A DNA stretch of 64,000 nt from Balanoglossus misakiensis (lineage: Eukaryota > Animalia > Hemichordata). The stretch is from positions 14,883,129 to 14,947,128 of the forward strand of contig CM082576.2 of NCBI GenBank assembly GCA_040954595.2, written 5' to 3'. Made by a program: the position numbers and the translations under genes. How positions within the stretch are numbered: position 1 is the first letter of the stretch; each line of letters opens with the position of its first letter. The notes beneath the pieces are model-generated. The model worked only from the letters and a program-made list of their open reading frames with translations, searched no databases and had not been told where the DNA came from. This document shows, one piece after another, positions 1-13,032 of this stretch.

Positions 1-99
1 ACTCAGGGAGGTTTATACCTTCATTTGATTATTTCAACCGAACAGGTCATTGTCAATAACATACTTCCCGCTGGATTAATATGATAAGAAAACATCGGA

Positions 100-345
100 G
101 GAAATTGTGTTGGAATAAAATTGGTCAGGCATGGCTGTGAAATGGTTCTGGACATGAAAAATGTAACAAAATTGCCACATGGAGACTATTCGGATTGTAT
201 CATGAAATAAATTAAGGTGCATGTGTATATCACTTGGGCAAGTCTGACTAATGGTTCTGGATGGATGGATGGAGTGATCTGTCTGATGGATAGAAACACA
301 GACCAAGCCATTAGCCCCCCAAAAGGCACTGTCTGTGGGGACTAC
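100..345. mobile_element. Decayed dispersed repeat, Helentron/DINE-1-like; related pieces near 37655-37800 and 43705-43930
   Basis: Shared GTCCCCACAGA/TCTGTGGGGAC end, (GGAT)n/(ATCC)n tract, and shared CATGTCCAGA(A/G)CC segment in opposite orientation; family assignment is inference. Confidence 0.45.
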
Positions 346-498
346 ATTAATCTATGCCCATTGGAAAACTGACAACTTTACCATTTTGTATTTCTCTCAC
401 AATTGCCTATAAACCCCTTATAAATGGAAATTTGATCAAGTTCTGTTGCCATCATGAAATGGTCACTACCGGTTTTAATCACACTTCATATTTCACTG

Positions 499-895
499 TA
501 GTCTAGAATCTATCCGTTCGTAGTCGCATTCACCCTACTACCGTCTAGGACCGCAGAACCAAAATCTAGCAAGGCCATAAAAATGGTAATTTGAATGTGA
601 ATAGTCTCCAACTGAGCAATCTGACGTCAAGCGTCACCACGTGATCATGATTATGTATCATTCGGGGCGGAGCTACATTGTAAACATAATTAACATTCAA
701 CGTCATCACCTCATTAACATTGATAGCCAATCAGTAGTCGGTCAACGTAAGTGATTGACTTCTCTGACGTCAGACTGCTCAGTTGGAGACTATTCACATT
801 CAAATTACCATTTTTATGGCCTTGCTAGATTTTGGTTCTGCGGTCCTAGACGGTAGTAGGGTGAATGCGACTACGAACGGATAGATTCTAGACTA
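499..895. mobile_element. Young non-autonomous DNA transposon, 131-bp TIRs, 9-bp TSD (AcademH- or Mutator-like)
   Basis: TIRs 499-629 and 765-895 with 1 mismatch, TAG...CTA ends, ATTTCACTG duplicated at 490-498 and 896-904. Confidence 0.9.
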
Positions 896-3725
896 ATTTC
901 ACTGTGGAAAGGTGTAATGACCTTGTCCTCATTATATTTTTTTCTGCATCATTTTGACAGGTTTAGTCTCATCAAAAACACCAAAAATATAATTACAAAT
1001 ATCAATTGTAGTGCTCGTTAAGTTTCAAAAGTTCTTTCGATCTTGACATACCCACAAGAAAAAATATTAGCTTCATCACAGCATACCCAACCACCAGACA
1101 GCGATTCCACTCTATCTGTTTTTAATTGACAGCGTACAAGATCAGTTACAAGTTATACTTTACCCTTGAAATTTGATACTAATGAAATCTAGGTCAAACA
1201 GAGCAAGTAGCCCGAAACATGAGACAGAAAAGACCCAAAAACATAAATTGTCATTTCACTTGTCTGCCAAATTAGTTTCATAAAAATATGACAGAGTCCA
1301 TTTTCTGAGGTACTGTAGTTTCTGATCTGGATGATCAACACTTTTGCATTTTCTTGTGTGTATAAGTGTCGGTCACTGAAATTTCTCCATATGATCAAAA
1401 TTGTTAAAACCTGAAAAAATACCATTTAAAGATATTCAAAGAAAATTTGTATATCAAAATGGCAGCCATTTTGAAATAAAATATGAACAAAAGAAGATTC
1501 TGTTCACAGGGCACTCTTAGTGATCAAGTCCGAATCTCTGTGGCTTTCATTTTTAAGTGAAGAAAAACACTTTGGATCAAAATTCACGCAATATCTTTGT
1601 CTTGTTTTACCGGAGGTAAGCCTCATACTCCTACAATTGGGCCTATGCAAATTGGCATCAGAAAGTTGAATGGCAAATAGCCTAAGGGGCCTTGTAGCAG
1701 TTGGGTTGTGGACGACATCATTCAATAGGAGTTACCCCTGCTACAATAATTCTTCCATGCTATCGCCATGGCAATCTGGAAACTATGATGGTCACAGCAC
1801 TCAGGGAGATTTCAATTGACTGTCATGTCCCCAGACAACCTTGGGCTGCCATCTTGACAGCCTCGCTCTGGGTCTGGCTAACAAAGACTAGCTTGAGGGG
1901 CTCCCAGCACTGAACTCGGTTGCCCTGCAGCCATATTGGATCATATCACAATAAATATTGATGATTGCAGTGTATATCATGTGTTTAGCTGTGTGCCAAA
2001 TTTGAATGAAACCGGTCCAGGAATGTCCGAGTAATAGCTTCAGACATAGGATCATAAAATTCATATTGCAACAAAAACTGATGTGCATACTTGTACATGT
2101 ACATGTATGTACCAGAGTCTTGATGATTGCCTCTGTCCCAATTTTCTCTGACGTACAATGTATGTCCAGGCATGTGCAAATAATACCTCTGGACATGAAA
2201 AATAACTGGAATAACTATGTCAGCAAAGTAGTTTCTATTCTATTGAAGGGAATATGGTCACAACAGACAAGTGGATTTTTAATTCAGCGCTAATCTATTC
2301 GGTTTCACCAACAAAGTACATTGTTTTGTAAAAAAAGGTCCAACTCCATACCAATGACAGATAGCGAAACAATTTTGAGCCTGCATACATCATGTTGGGG
2401 CAAATAGATTAACCTTAAAAATTCTGTGATTATAATTTATATGCAGGAAAGTGGTGACATCACATGTCATGCACAACATCCACCATTCTACCTCTGCTCC
2501 ATAGTGACACGCAGCCCAACTCTGGGAGCCCTGTGTCACAGGTAAAACGTGAATGAATACGACATTTTTTCATGTTAAAATATACTAAGATTATCTTTGA
2601 TACTGTGACATTACAGATAAAAACATCATTTTAGTCTGTACTATAAAATTACATCTGGCAGGACAGACAGAGTCTGGGAAGAATGCATTTCTGACCGCAA
2701 CGGCAAACATGTTACTATCTATATCGCTGTCTAGATTCAGGATGGAGTGATTCAAGAAAATATTTTTGAAGAATGTTAAGAACACACAGCTGAGCAGACT
2801 GTCTCAGGAATGCGGTTTGCTTGAAGCATTCACACAAATTTGCAAGAAGGGCTGGACGTCATGTGTGAGAAATTATTTATTCTGATTATCATCTTGTGTC
2901 TCATGGTGCATGGCAGAAAATAATCAACTTAATAGAATGATTATATGTTACTTCTGACAGAAATTTAACTTTCTCCTAGGTACATAGCCCATAGAATTAT
3001 TTCAAGATTCACGTTTTGTCTGCAATCAAACCTGTAATTGATACTGGAGACAGAAAATTTGACACCATATCTATATTCCACACACTAGCCATTGGGGCTA
3101 GGCATGCACACTGAACGTAACACATTAATATATAAACAGTATTAGAGACATTTACAAAATGAGCGATAATTAACCACTCTTGTTATGCTGTAAAGGTTCA
3201 CTTTATTGAATTTAAAGTTTAATCCTTATCAGTCTATTGAACGACACAAATAAAATATTATTTTTGATTATTATTATTATGAACAGATGTTGTGAAAACA
3301 ACAACGAGAGCGATATACTCAGTTGATGTCAAAACACTGCAGCCTGCCTCAGAATTTGCCAGAAAAGATTTGGTACCCAAACACTTACTAAGCAACCTCA
3401 ACAAGAAAATGACTAACCAGATCAAACCAGTGTGAGTTCTCTTTTCTGCGTGTAGTTTTCAGGAAATCGTATCTAACTAGCTTGGTAACCAAGGGGAATT
3501 TAAAAACTTATCATAATTTATGTGGCATTTGCCACCAAAGTCCATGTTTTGTGTATCAGGTTTATAACATACACGCTGTAAAACAAACTATTGAAGTATT
3601 TATTAACTTGCAGCTGAAAATATGAACTGCATCTTTTTTAATTTTTCATTATGATATCGAAGGAGCTCAAAAATCAACCATTTTGCTAAGAGCTTGGTCA
3701 CAAGAGAAGGCTATGCATACAGGTA

Positions 3726-3902
3726 CAGTGAAACCTCTCTATTTAAGGACACCTCTGGGACCAGAAAATATGTCCTCAATAGAAAGGTGTCCTTAATAAA
3801 CAGGTAATATTCTATTAAAACCAAGACTTTTGTCTTGAAAAATATGTCCCTAATAGAGAGGTTTCTTGATTAGAGAGGTGTCCGTAATGACATGTTTCAC
3901 TG
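3726..3902. mobile_element. Tc1/mariner-pogo-type MITE
   Basis: TA|CAGTGAAAC...GTTTCACTG|TA with internal GGACACCT/AGGTGTCC repeats. Confidence 0.8.
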
Positions 3903-6900
3903 TACTGTTTGCAGTTTGAATGTCTAGTTTACTAAACCAGATGTGAAATGTTTAGTACTGGCATTTCCAAAGTTTAACCATTCTCTAGGCAGACGTTATG
4001 ACATATAAAGAGAGTCTGATGGTTACCACACGTACAAGTGTCTATGCTGAATGACCTATGGGAGGTCACTGAAAGAGCACTATTTGTACTAATATGTAGG
4101 ACGACACCATGATTATGTAAGCACTCTACTGCCAGACTAGAATTACATTTTATCAATGGGAAAATGAATAAAGCCTTGTACATCTTAACATGTTCACAAG
4201 GTCACCCTGAGACACCTGCATGCAGTGATGATGTTATGTAATATGGAAATGCTGGGGCAGATATTTTTGTCAGCAAAGGTAAAAAAGGTGTCCCCAGGGC
4301 CCTGGTGAGAAGTTTGTGTAAAGAAATACTTTGTCCACACTGGGTTGTTTTTCAAGTGGTATTAACAAAGAAGTTGGATGTTATTTCAGGGAAAAAAAAG
4401 TTTATGAATCACAAAGGGTACATCTTATGTCTTTGAATGAGCATAAGATGCACTTTTTTCATGGCCACTGAAACTCTGTGATTGGCCAGATCTCAACTTT
4501 TCATGGTAACTACATGTATTACTATGGCTAAATTTACATATGTGACTGCATACCTCTAACTGTATTCACATATTTTGAAAATACCCATATTCGTATATCT
4601 GCACTATATACTACATGTATTACAAGGAGGGCCAGGGACTGTAAAGATTTTCTTGTCTATATTTCCAACCAAACTTCACATCTACCAACCAGTCTGGAAC
4701 GGTGTCCTAAATATTTCTGCAGGAAATTCACGTGAATATTTTTTGTCATTACCAAATGACTGCCACTCTACTGATGAGCAGCCATCAGATAGAGCTGTGT
4801 GCAGATTGACTGCAAGGGGTATAATTTGTGAGAGGACCATACCTTTTGCGCAATTCCCTTTCGGATATCGCTGACCTGTGATAATTCCAAGACTTGTCCA
4901 TCCTATTTGAAAAAAGAAAATAAAGAAAGAACATGTTGGTGAGAATAAAATTATACTTTTGACTGCATTTCCATTATTGCATTTGTTGTTAACAGATGGA
5001 ATAATCATTTACGGTATCTTGCTGGTTGTACATGTATAAACAGACATGTATCATTTGTATGTATGATGTACATACGGATATCACCATTTTGAGATTCATG
5101 ACAGAGTTTCAACTCTGTGTTCTCAGTTTTTTAATGAAAATTCACTAAGTCAAGTCATGTCATGACAAATATCATTTTGGGTGAAAGTGACAGCTTACAG
5201 ACATTACCTAATAGACTGTATCATCAATAACAGATAATTATATAGGATTAACAATACTATTAATTTTTAAATACTTTTCCTTTAATTATTTATCATATAT
5301 GTTGTATATGTTCGTAGTTGTGCTCGTAATGTTCAGTGAATTAGTTGCTGACGTCTGGACATGTTATGCATTTGTAAAACCTGGACGATCACAATTCTTC
5401 ACGAGCTGATATTAACCGCATCATTTAGCCCATAAAAAAGGCAAAATGCAACAGCGATACATAATTGCACAAGGTAAGGAATTCTACCATGGAAAGTACC
5501 AGATATTACATAATTGTCAGACACAAATTGACACCTCCATATTTGCCACGATTGTCACTTTCTCCATGGCAACAACATACATCGGCCGCAACAGTCAATC
5601 AGCTATGTAGTTCACTGCATGTATGTTTATACATTCCAGTTAGTCGAGCCTATCCCTGATACAGAGTTGGCCTCACAGGGTTGTCGAACATGACTTACAT
5701 CGTATGTACACTATACAGCCACTTTGCAAAATTTCACAATTCTGCTTGTTTCTGTAATATTCAGTGCCTGGCACGACAAAACCTAAAAAAATTCCACATA
5801 TTTTTTGATACTCTGTGAAAAATTTACACGCACAGTTCATGATTCGGCCCAAACGGTTTCTTGCAATGCGAATAAAATATTACATATTAGCATATCATCG
5901 CTGCAGAGGAAGCTCAGAAATACCACTGCGCAAATCCAAATGTGAGGTCATCAGAAACTGGTTCTATTTGCTCATCTGTTTCCTTTTGAGGTGTTGCAGA
6001 TAACTGTCGAACAGCAACACACCCATAAGGGTAATGCTCAGCTGATGGAAACTGAGCTTGTCTCTGTAATTATTTCGGTCACAGGATCTCATCAATGGTG
6101 TGACCTTGAAAAATACCCCACCAAACGTAACACATTTCTTGCACTGCTTCTTGGGCTTTGCAGAAAGTGATAATCTCCTTTTCTTTTTTTATGACTAATG
6201 AAACAAGTGTTTGAGTGCGAGAAACCATGGCGACACATCTATGGTTGAAATACGCCCCCTGGGGGCCTTCCAACACAGTGATTACAATAATGGACTGAGT
6301 ACAGGCATTTTCTTTCTCATGGTGATTAGATAATTTGGCATTTAATTGCCCAAGCCTTCAGTTTGAACAAGTAGGGAGTTGGCCAGGCTGTTGCTATCGA
6401 TTCTAGTGCTGCAAGACGGCTGTACGATCCTGGCTTGAGTCGAAACGCCAAAATTGCATCCAAGTGCTTCAATACACCCTAGTCTAGTAGTGTGATGACT
6501 TCACAATTCTCTGCATTTCCTTTCTGACCAACTCTGAACTGATGCTTTGTCAATGGCTCAAGGATTTCATTTTACCCTCTGCATCAAAAACTTGATATAT
6601 AAAATCAGGGAACCCAATATCACCGATCACTGAAGTACCGATAAATAATATTTTCTCCACAGCTGTTACACATTAAAGACTTATCTTTGCCCAATCTCCA
6701 GTAACATTATCTTATCTGGGTTTTTTTAGTAAAGAATCGATGAAAAAAATTGGAATCTTTTGTAAATTTGCTCAAACAAAGGCAAAACCGACCGAAATTA
6801 CACAGAGCACAGTCAATGACAAAATGACTGGTTCTGAACGGGTATGCAATTAACCTTACCTCTATATATATATATCCTAATTATGTTTACTCGCTCTGCA

Positions 6901-9845
6901 TAATTTCTTTCGCATGGCAATATCATTACAATGTATGTGGGTGGATCAGTCTACGTTCAATTCTGAGGGAGATTCGACAACGATGGCGGGCACAGTAATG
7001 ACTGGCCTCACAGCTTGATACATCATTACCTTTGACAATTCCAAATTTCAACATATTCTGAAGAATGTCAAATCCGTCTACACGTCCTTAAAATCACGCA
7101 TGGCGAAGGCATAATTGTTCCAGTTGTGCAGTTGCCCGTGGCCTCTAAAAGCACTACTTTGATAGCTGTCACAGTACCATTGTAGATGAACATGTTATTA
7201 CTTCATACTACATGTACATTGCAATACATGTACAAAATACGTTTTGACACGGTTACCTCATAACAACTACTAACAATGGTGCTTCATAAACTGCCCTAAT
7301 GGGTCATTGTCATGGTGATTAGAACTGACAATATAACACCTTTTGATATTATTACTGATATCCTCATAATTTCATGTTCGTACAGTGCCCAATACGCATA
7401 TTTTGCAATCTGGGTAGACATTCAAACAATACACAATACAGCATGGCACGAGCTGCTTAATTTGTTCAATTGTCAGCATGTTAGCAATGATATGTTGCCA
7501 CTACAATGCCTGAAAGGCTGATTGTATAGACCCATTGAGCACAAGGTTCCAAATTAGCCAATTAGGCAAATGCATCTTTTGACACTAAAATTGAAATAGA
7601 TCTCCCAGTGCCGATACCTGATGGTGTTCGTGGCCTCAGTGGGGAGTGTGAGTGTGAGCTGATTTGGGTTGTCATTTTTCACACCTACAGTGGATGTACA
7701 GTATTTAGCCACAGTCGTTATTATTACGCACATTACCGCATGATCACAGAAAACGGCACAATTAAGAAACACAATTTTTTTAACAGTACATTGTAGTACC
7801 TGAAAACATTGCAAAAATGGCTGTATTTACACGAATTTGGCCCAGTGCTTGCTTGTGACAAGTTCCCGATATCCAGGTCATAAGCTAACAGAACTGAATG
7901 CTGATGTGGCATATTTTTTTAAAAACATACTTCGGCTGCAACGAGTAGTACATGTACATGTATGATGTACATTGTGTACATGTAGGTAATATGAAAACTT
8001 GTTGAAACGAAGATCAGCACACACGCCACAATAACTGCCCGAATGACCATTGCTTCACTACTTGTGCTACAGATCTACCAGCATTAAGCAATAACCAGGG
8101 CGATAATTTTAATAGTATTATATGTGCAATGTTTTACATACATCTACACTGTTCGCATCAGAATTACCCAGGGACTATGAAAAGAAAACACAACCATTAT
8201 GACAAAAACACACTCTGTTGACCATCTATTAGCTATTTGACTATTTACTAGTATAACAAAAACTGTTTTGAATAATGGTTTTAAAGTTTCAATATCAAAA
8301 GCTACTTCACAAATTACTCACCCGTTCACCTTTCCATCGGATAAAGAATCCATAATTGTCAACTTGATACAGACACTGGGCTTCAACCGTACAGGAATCC
8401 TGTAGGAACCAGATACAAGGGATTGTTCAAAATCATTTCAAGTACACTTCAGTATTTCATAGAGTATTGCTTGTTAAAAATAGCAGACGTCATGTAAAGG
8501 TTAAAAATATCATTCCTAACACTTATCATTTCCACATCACTTAATATTATGATAAAGCAGTATACATGTATACACAAAAATGATGCTGGCTAAGTGACAT
8601 GTACAAGTGTTAAAATTAATAATTGCATGATTTGCATCATAATTAAACCTTCACCATAAACAATGATGGAAATGTGAAAGTAATTATCTCACCTACTTAC
8701 AATTTGTTCAGTATTGTTCTGCAAATCATTATCAAAATTCAAGGAAATGGCAATTTTGCAGATGTAAACATTGTACATTTGGATCTGAGCATAATTTTCA
8801 AAAATAATTTCTATCCAGGTATATGTTGACACATATTTTATGCGTTTGTTTTTTTAAAAGGATAATCACTATTTTTTTAATAAAATCAATTTTATCAAAT
8901 GTTATGAAAATTTGGCAACATTTTAGGGGAGGAAATGGGCTTACATGTACTACCTTTTCAGACCTGAACACCTAACGAACACCGAAACGAGCCCAGATTT
9001 ACTGCTAGGGTTTCAGACCTAAGAGGGCTAAAGGCATAACATGTATATTGCCTCCTTGCTGACATACATGTACTACACCGCACCACACCCACCCACCCCC
9101 CTGCACACACAGTGAGTAAGAAAAAATGATTTAAATTTAAGAATATCAGAAAATGAAGATGTTTTATTTTCAAATTTTATTTAAAAAACTTAGAAAATTT
9201 ACTGAAACCCGTCAAAAACAACATGTGAGTGATAAAATGTATGGAGTCAACATAATTAATCAAGGTCACAGCCCATGGAGTATCAATTTTCAATGTTACG
9301 ATTTTTTTAATGAATTGAAGGGAAGTAATATATAAAATTCAGTCTAATTTTGCCATAAGAATGTTTCCTGAGATTCAAGCATACCTTACGGGTTTTTTTA
9401 TTTTTTTTTATTTTATGAATTATTTTGAGGAATCTTTCATCACAGCGATGAATGTCAAGAAGACCTACAAGAATTTCTCCAATGTCTGAAATATTTTGAA
9501 TCCAAATTTTATTTTTATTGAGCGATGTAACTCCACTTTGTTGTGTGCTTCATTACATGTGACAAAAATAGTGGCCCCTGACTGTCTGATTTATAGTTTT
9601 CAGCTGTACAGTTCACTCAGAAATTGGGAAATTGCAAAGGGCATTCAAGGTTATTCGCATTTGGGATAAACCATTTTATTTGCATAAAAAATGTCTTCCA
9701 AGAAAACACAAGAATGACGTAATAATGTACAGGACCTTGGCCAATGTGCATGAGAAATAATCAACCAATCTAATGTAAATCTCCAACTGAAAAATATAAA
9801 CACACACAAACTTCAAAAAAGGGAGAAAATTTACAATGAACTCAC

Positions 9846-9929
9846 CTCCTCCCACCGATCAAAGAAAGCTCCATTCTGAAGATCCTCTGGAACCTCTATC
9901 ATCCACTGAAAATCATACAGTTTGGCCAT
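9846..9929 (-). CDS. PLCB4: First coding exon of a second PLC-beta gene, PLCB4/norpA type (MAKLYDFQWMIEVPEDLQNGAFFDRWEE); the rest lies beyond the window start
   Basis: gaaATGG start, 28 codons, gtgagt donor; closely resembles the vertebrate PLCB4 N-terminus as recalled ([28 protein letters not shown]); too short for the ORF track; exon 2 not seen in 1-9845. Confidence 0.85.
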
Positions 9930-11139
9930 TTCGAACAGATGCTCTGATATACGGGTACGTTTATAGCTGGTACTCCGTTTTGTTTTGTTTTGTTTAAAAT
10001 TCTAAAAAATAAAGCTAAAAATGGAACAAGGCAAATCTAAAAATACAAAGACGAGAAGCAGGCCAGGATCCAGGAACAGCTAACGTCTCTCCTCCCAGTA
10101 TCTTCTGCACAAACATACACAGACAGACACACAACACCGGCTGCAGTCAGTGAAGGACATCAAATTAACATCTTGGTTGGAAGGGTTCTCGTAGGTGTGG
10201 TAGTACTTTACTTTTCCTCGAATTTGGCTAAAAAGGGGATCTCTTGTATGTACCGTGCGCTGGATCAGAAAATGGAAGACCGGTCAACAACCGCAGCTTT
10301 CACTCGTGAGATTGTGTAAATATCGATCAAGGGACGAGGGTCGCAATAATTCATAAACATTCAGTGCGCAAGTTTCCATACGGTTTTTATACAATTTCTC
10401 CCAAAAAACGTGACGGGTTATTCGCGACGGATTTCCGTAGTGTGGTGATGACACGGCGCAGGAAAAGTAAAAATTGAAGAGCCGACTGGTTTCTGGTGTT
10501 GCAGAAAGACTGTTTACAGAACCGAATCTTCTCGGAAACAACGAAATCCAACGTGGAGAGAGGTGTCTCGTTGATCGATTAGTTTTCCTCTTTTCACACA
10601 AAACCCGGTGATGTCCAGGGCTTGATTATGACCTGTTTGAAACAAAGATAATTTCATTCAAGTGGACAGCTACATACTCGTGCTGTAATGACGGGTAAGG
10701 ATAAAGTATGTCTGGGTATAGAAAATGTTAAGGGGCTAAAAACAGGCTCTGTAAAAAATAGAGATGCCATCTCTCAGTACAACCAATGGGATGGAGACAC
10801 CGTCCCTTGCCTCTCTCTCTGTGCAGAGGCGGAAAATGTCTGGCAAATGGCAAGATCTTAGCGATCAATAGAAATGTCTAGCTGACAGCGAACTGGCGAT
10901 GATTGAAACTGTAACAATCGGCACTGTAATCTAAGGACACTTGCAATAAAATGATGGATATATCCCACACCGGTTCTACCTTGACCAGGCGTCTGCTAAA
11001 GAGACACCGGTGTACTGTGCACAGTGAACCAGTCGCTGTGTGTATGCGGCCGCGGATGATCAGAGCAAAATTACGAAACAGATACATCTATTCACAATAT
11101 CGAGAATATCAATTCACGAACGCTGGACTCTCAACGTAC

Positions 11140-11390
11140 CTTAATGACCGCAAGATGGATCTCTACCGTCCAAATTCAGCTGCTCGCGAGATGGAAAGCC
11201 GAAAAAGGTGCACTGCAAATCGAGCCCGAGATCGTCGGGGGTTTGATCAGCGACTGCTCAGGTCGCGCAACTGAAATGGATTTGTCTGCGCATCTCTTTT
11301 TGCAAGGCGGATTATGTTGACATTTTCATCCAATCAGAGAGCGGTATCTCAGCAAAGTATCAAAATAAACAACGAAGGCCACGCCCCCCA
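11140..11390 (-). promoter_or_regulatory. Putative promoter and untranslated first exon of the PLCB4-like gene
   Basis: CpG-rich region about 10250-11520; Inr-like TCAGTT (minus, 11274-11269); CCAAT at 11330-11334; CCACGCCCCC Sp/KLF box at 11379-11388; AAG/gtacgt donor at 11140; ttttttag acceptor at 10002 upstream of the ATG. Confidence 0.45.
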
Positions 11391-12992
11391 AATGGGACGC
11401 GGGCTGCTAACTTCAGACACCAAGACTCATCAGGCCATGATCATGGGCAAATGTAGTGAAATGTCAAGCTCGAAATGCGACGATCTTGAACATTTTCTCG
11501 AAATGATGAGAGGGCCATAGTGTAACAAGTAACCGTTGGCCACAAGGGGGCCCGGAAAGGTAAAAACCATATGGATGAAATCATTGACAACATTATACTT
11601 CATCTGTCCCCCTGTCCTTCAAACCTATGGACCCTCGTTGATGTTGACGGTCAATGCTCGAACATATCATACACACCCCATGCATTCTGTGGATTACAGA
11701 GAAATACTTCGAGTTTACTCTTTCATACAAGGTCACCAAAAGCAGATGCATGTTCGCTTGTAACCCCCGCGACTTTTCTCGACGACTTAGGGATGGACCA
11801 TTTGATATCAGTGGGGGCGGGGTCACTATTAGATTGGGATTGTGGATGTGCTGGATTTTTTTTATCAGTCTCCACCGAATTCGTTTTAGACTGTGTAATC
11901 AGGTCTCTCTGAGGTCAACAAATATATTCAAAACTACGATTTCTGTGAGTTGCATTTTGTATTTTTTTTGTTCATTATGCATCTTCTCTGCCAGCCACAC
12001 TTTATTTATTTCGGGACCTCCCGCAAAACATTAATTGTTGTCAATTTTGCATCATTAGATTAGAAAGCCAATGGTTATGTTTTGACCACCACTTGCTAAC
12101 ACATTGCATCCTGACTTGTATATATGAAAGAACGCACACTCCAACTATACATCACCTCTTGACATGACATAAATGAACAGTAAAGCTGGCAGCCTTTGCA
12201 CTCGGGATGGATTGCTATTGGGACAAGTTGGCACTGGGACAGAGTTAGTCTTTAGACAAAGTTTGTGGACCCCATGTATATGTAGATCTTCTGCACAACT
12301 GCAAACAGTCCACCATAGAGCTACATGTACGTGTTTACTGTACATCTATATCAAAAGGCTGTACATTGTAGTTGACATTTAGCAGCAAGGGAATTTGGAA
12401 CTAGTGAAGTTATGTGTGACTGAGTCAAGTACATGTATTTCAAATTACATTGCTATAGATTCCCGAAACTCTGGTATTCAGTTCTTTTCAAATCTTGCAG
12501 TGATATAACTTTTGGATGTACAAGGGTTTATCACGTGTATATATGTTACAAATTAGCTTTCATGGAAAAAATGTGTCCGGAAAACTTTGATTTGTATATA
12601 GTGTACCTTGCCCTTGTTCAAGTCATGTTTGTAATGTAGACGGTCAACATCTATGTTTCCATGGCTACAAAATGCTCTCAGAGTATTGAAGATCTTCACA
12701 GTTGATAACCTTTTACCTAAACCTCTTGCAGACTCAGAATTTGATGACTTGTTTGCCAGTGGATAATAGCTCTAGAACAAGAGCAACTGAAACTTGGTTC
12801 TAAACTTTCCAGAAATCTAATTGCCAAAAACCTGAACAAATCCTACATTTTGTGCAACTGAAAAATTCTTGTGGTTTGCAGTAACATTATGAAGACACTG
12901 TAAGTGTCATTAATATATTATGATCATGACAATTATATGTTATTATTTTAATCCTCAAGCTTCAAGTAGAGGTAGTGTGCACAGGTCACTGG

Positions 12993-13031
<39 letters not shown>
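12993..13031. repeat. (TGA)13 microsatellite
   Basis: Seen directly. Confidence 0.95.

Positions 13032-13032
<1 letters not shown>

Noticed and set aside
10284-12034. Cluster of 60-126-aa ORFs near the CpG-rich region
   Set aside because: Expected from higher GC in a promoter or repeat region; no recognisable domain or consistent splice pattern
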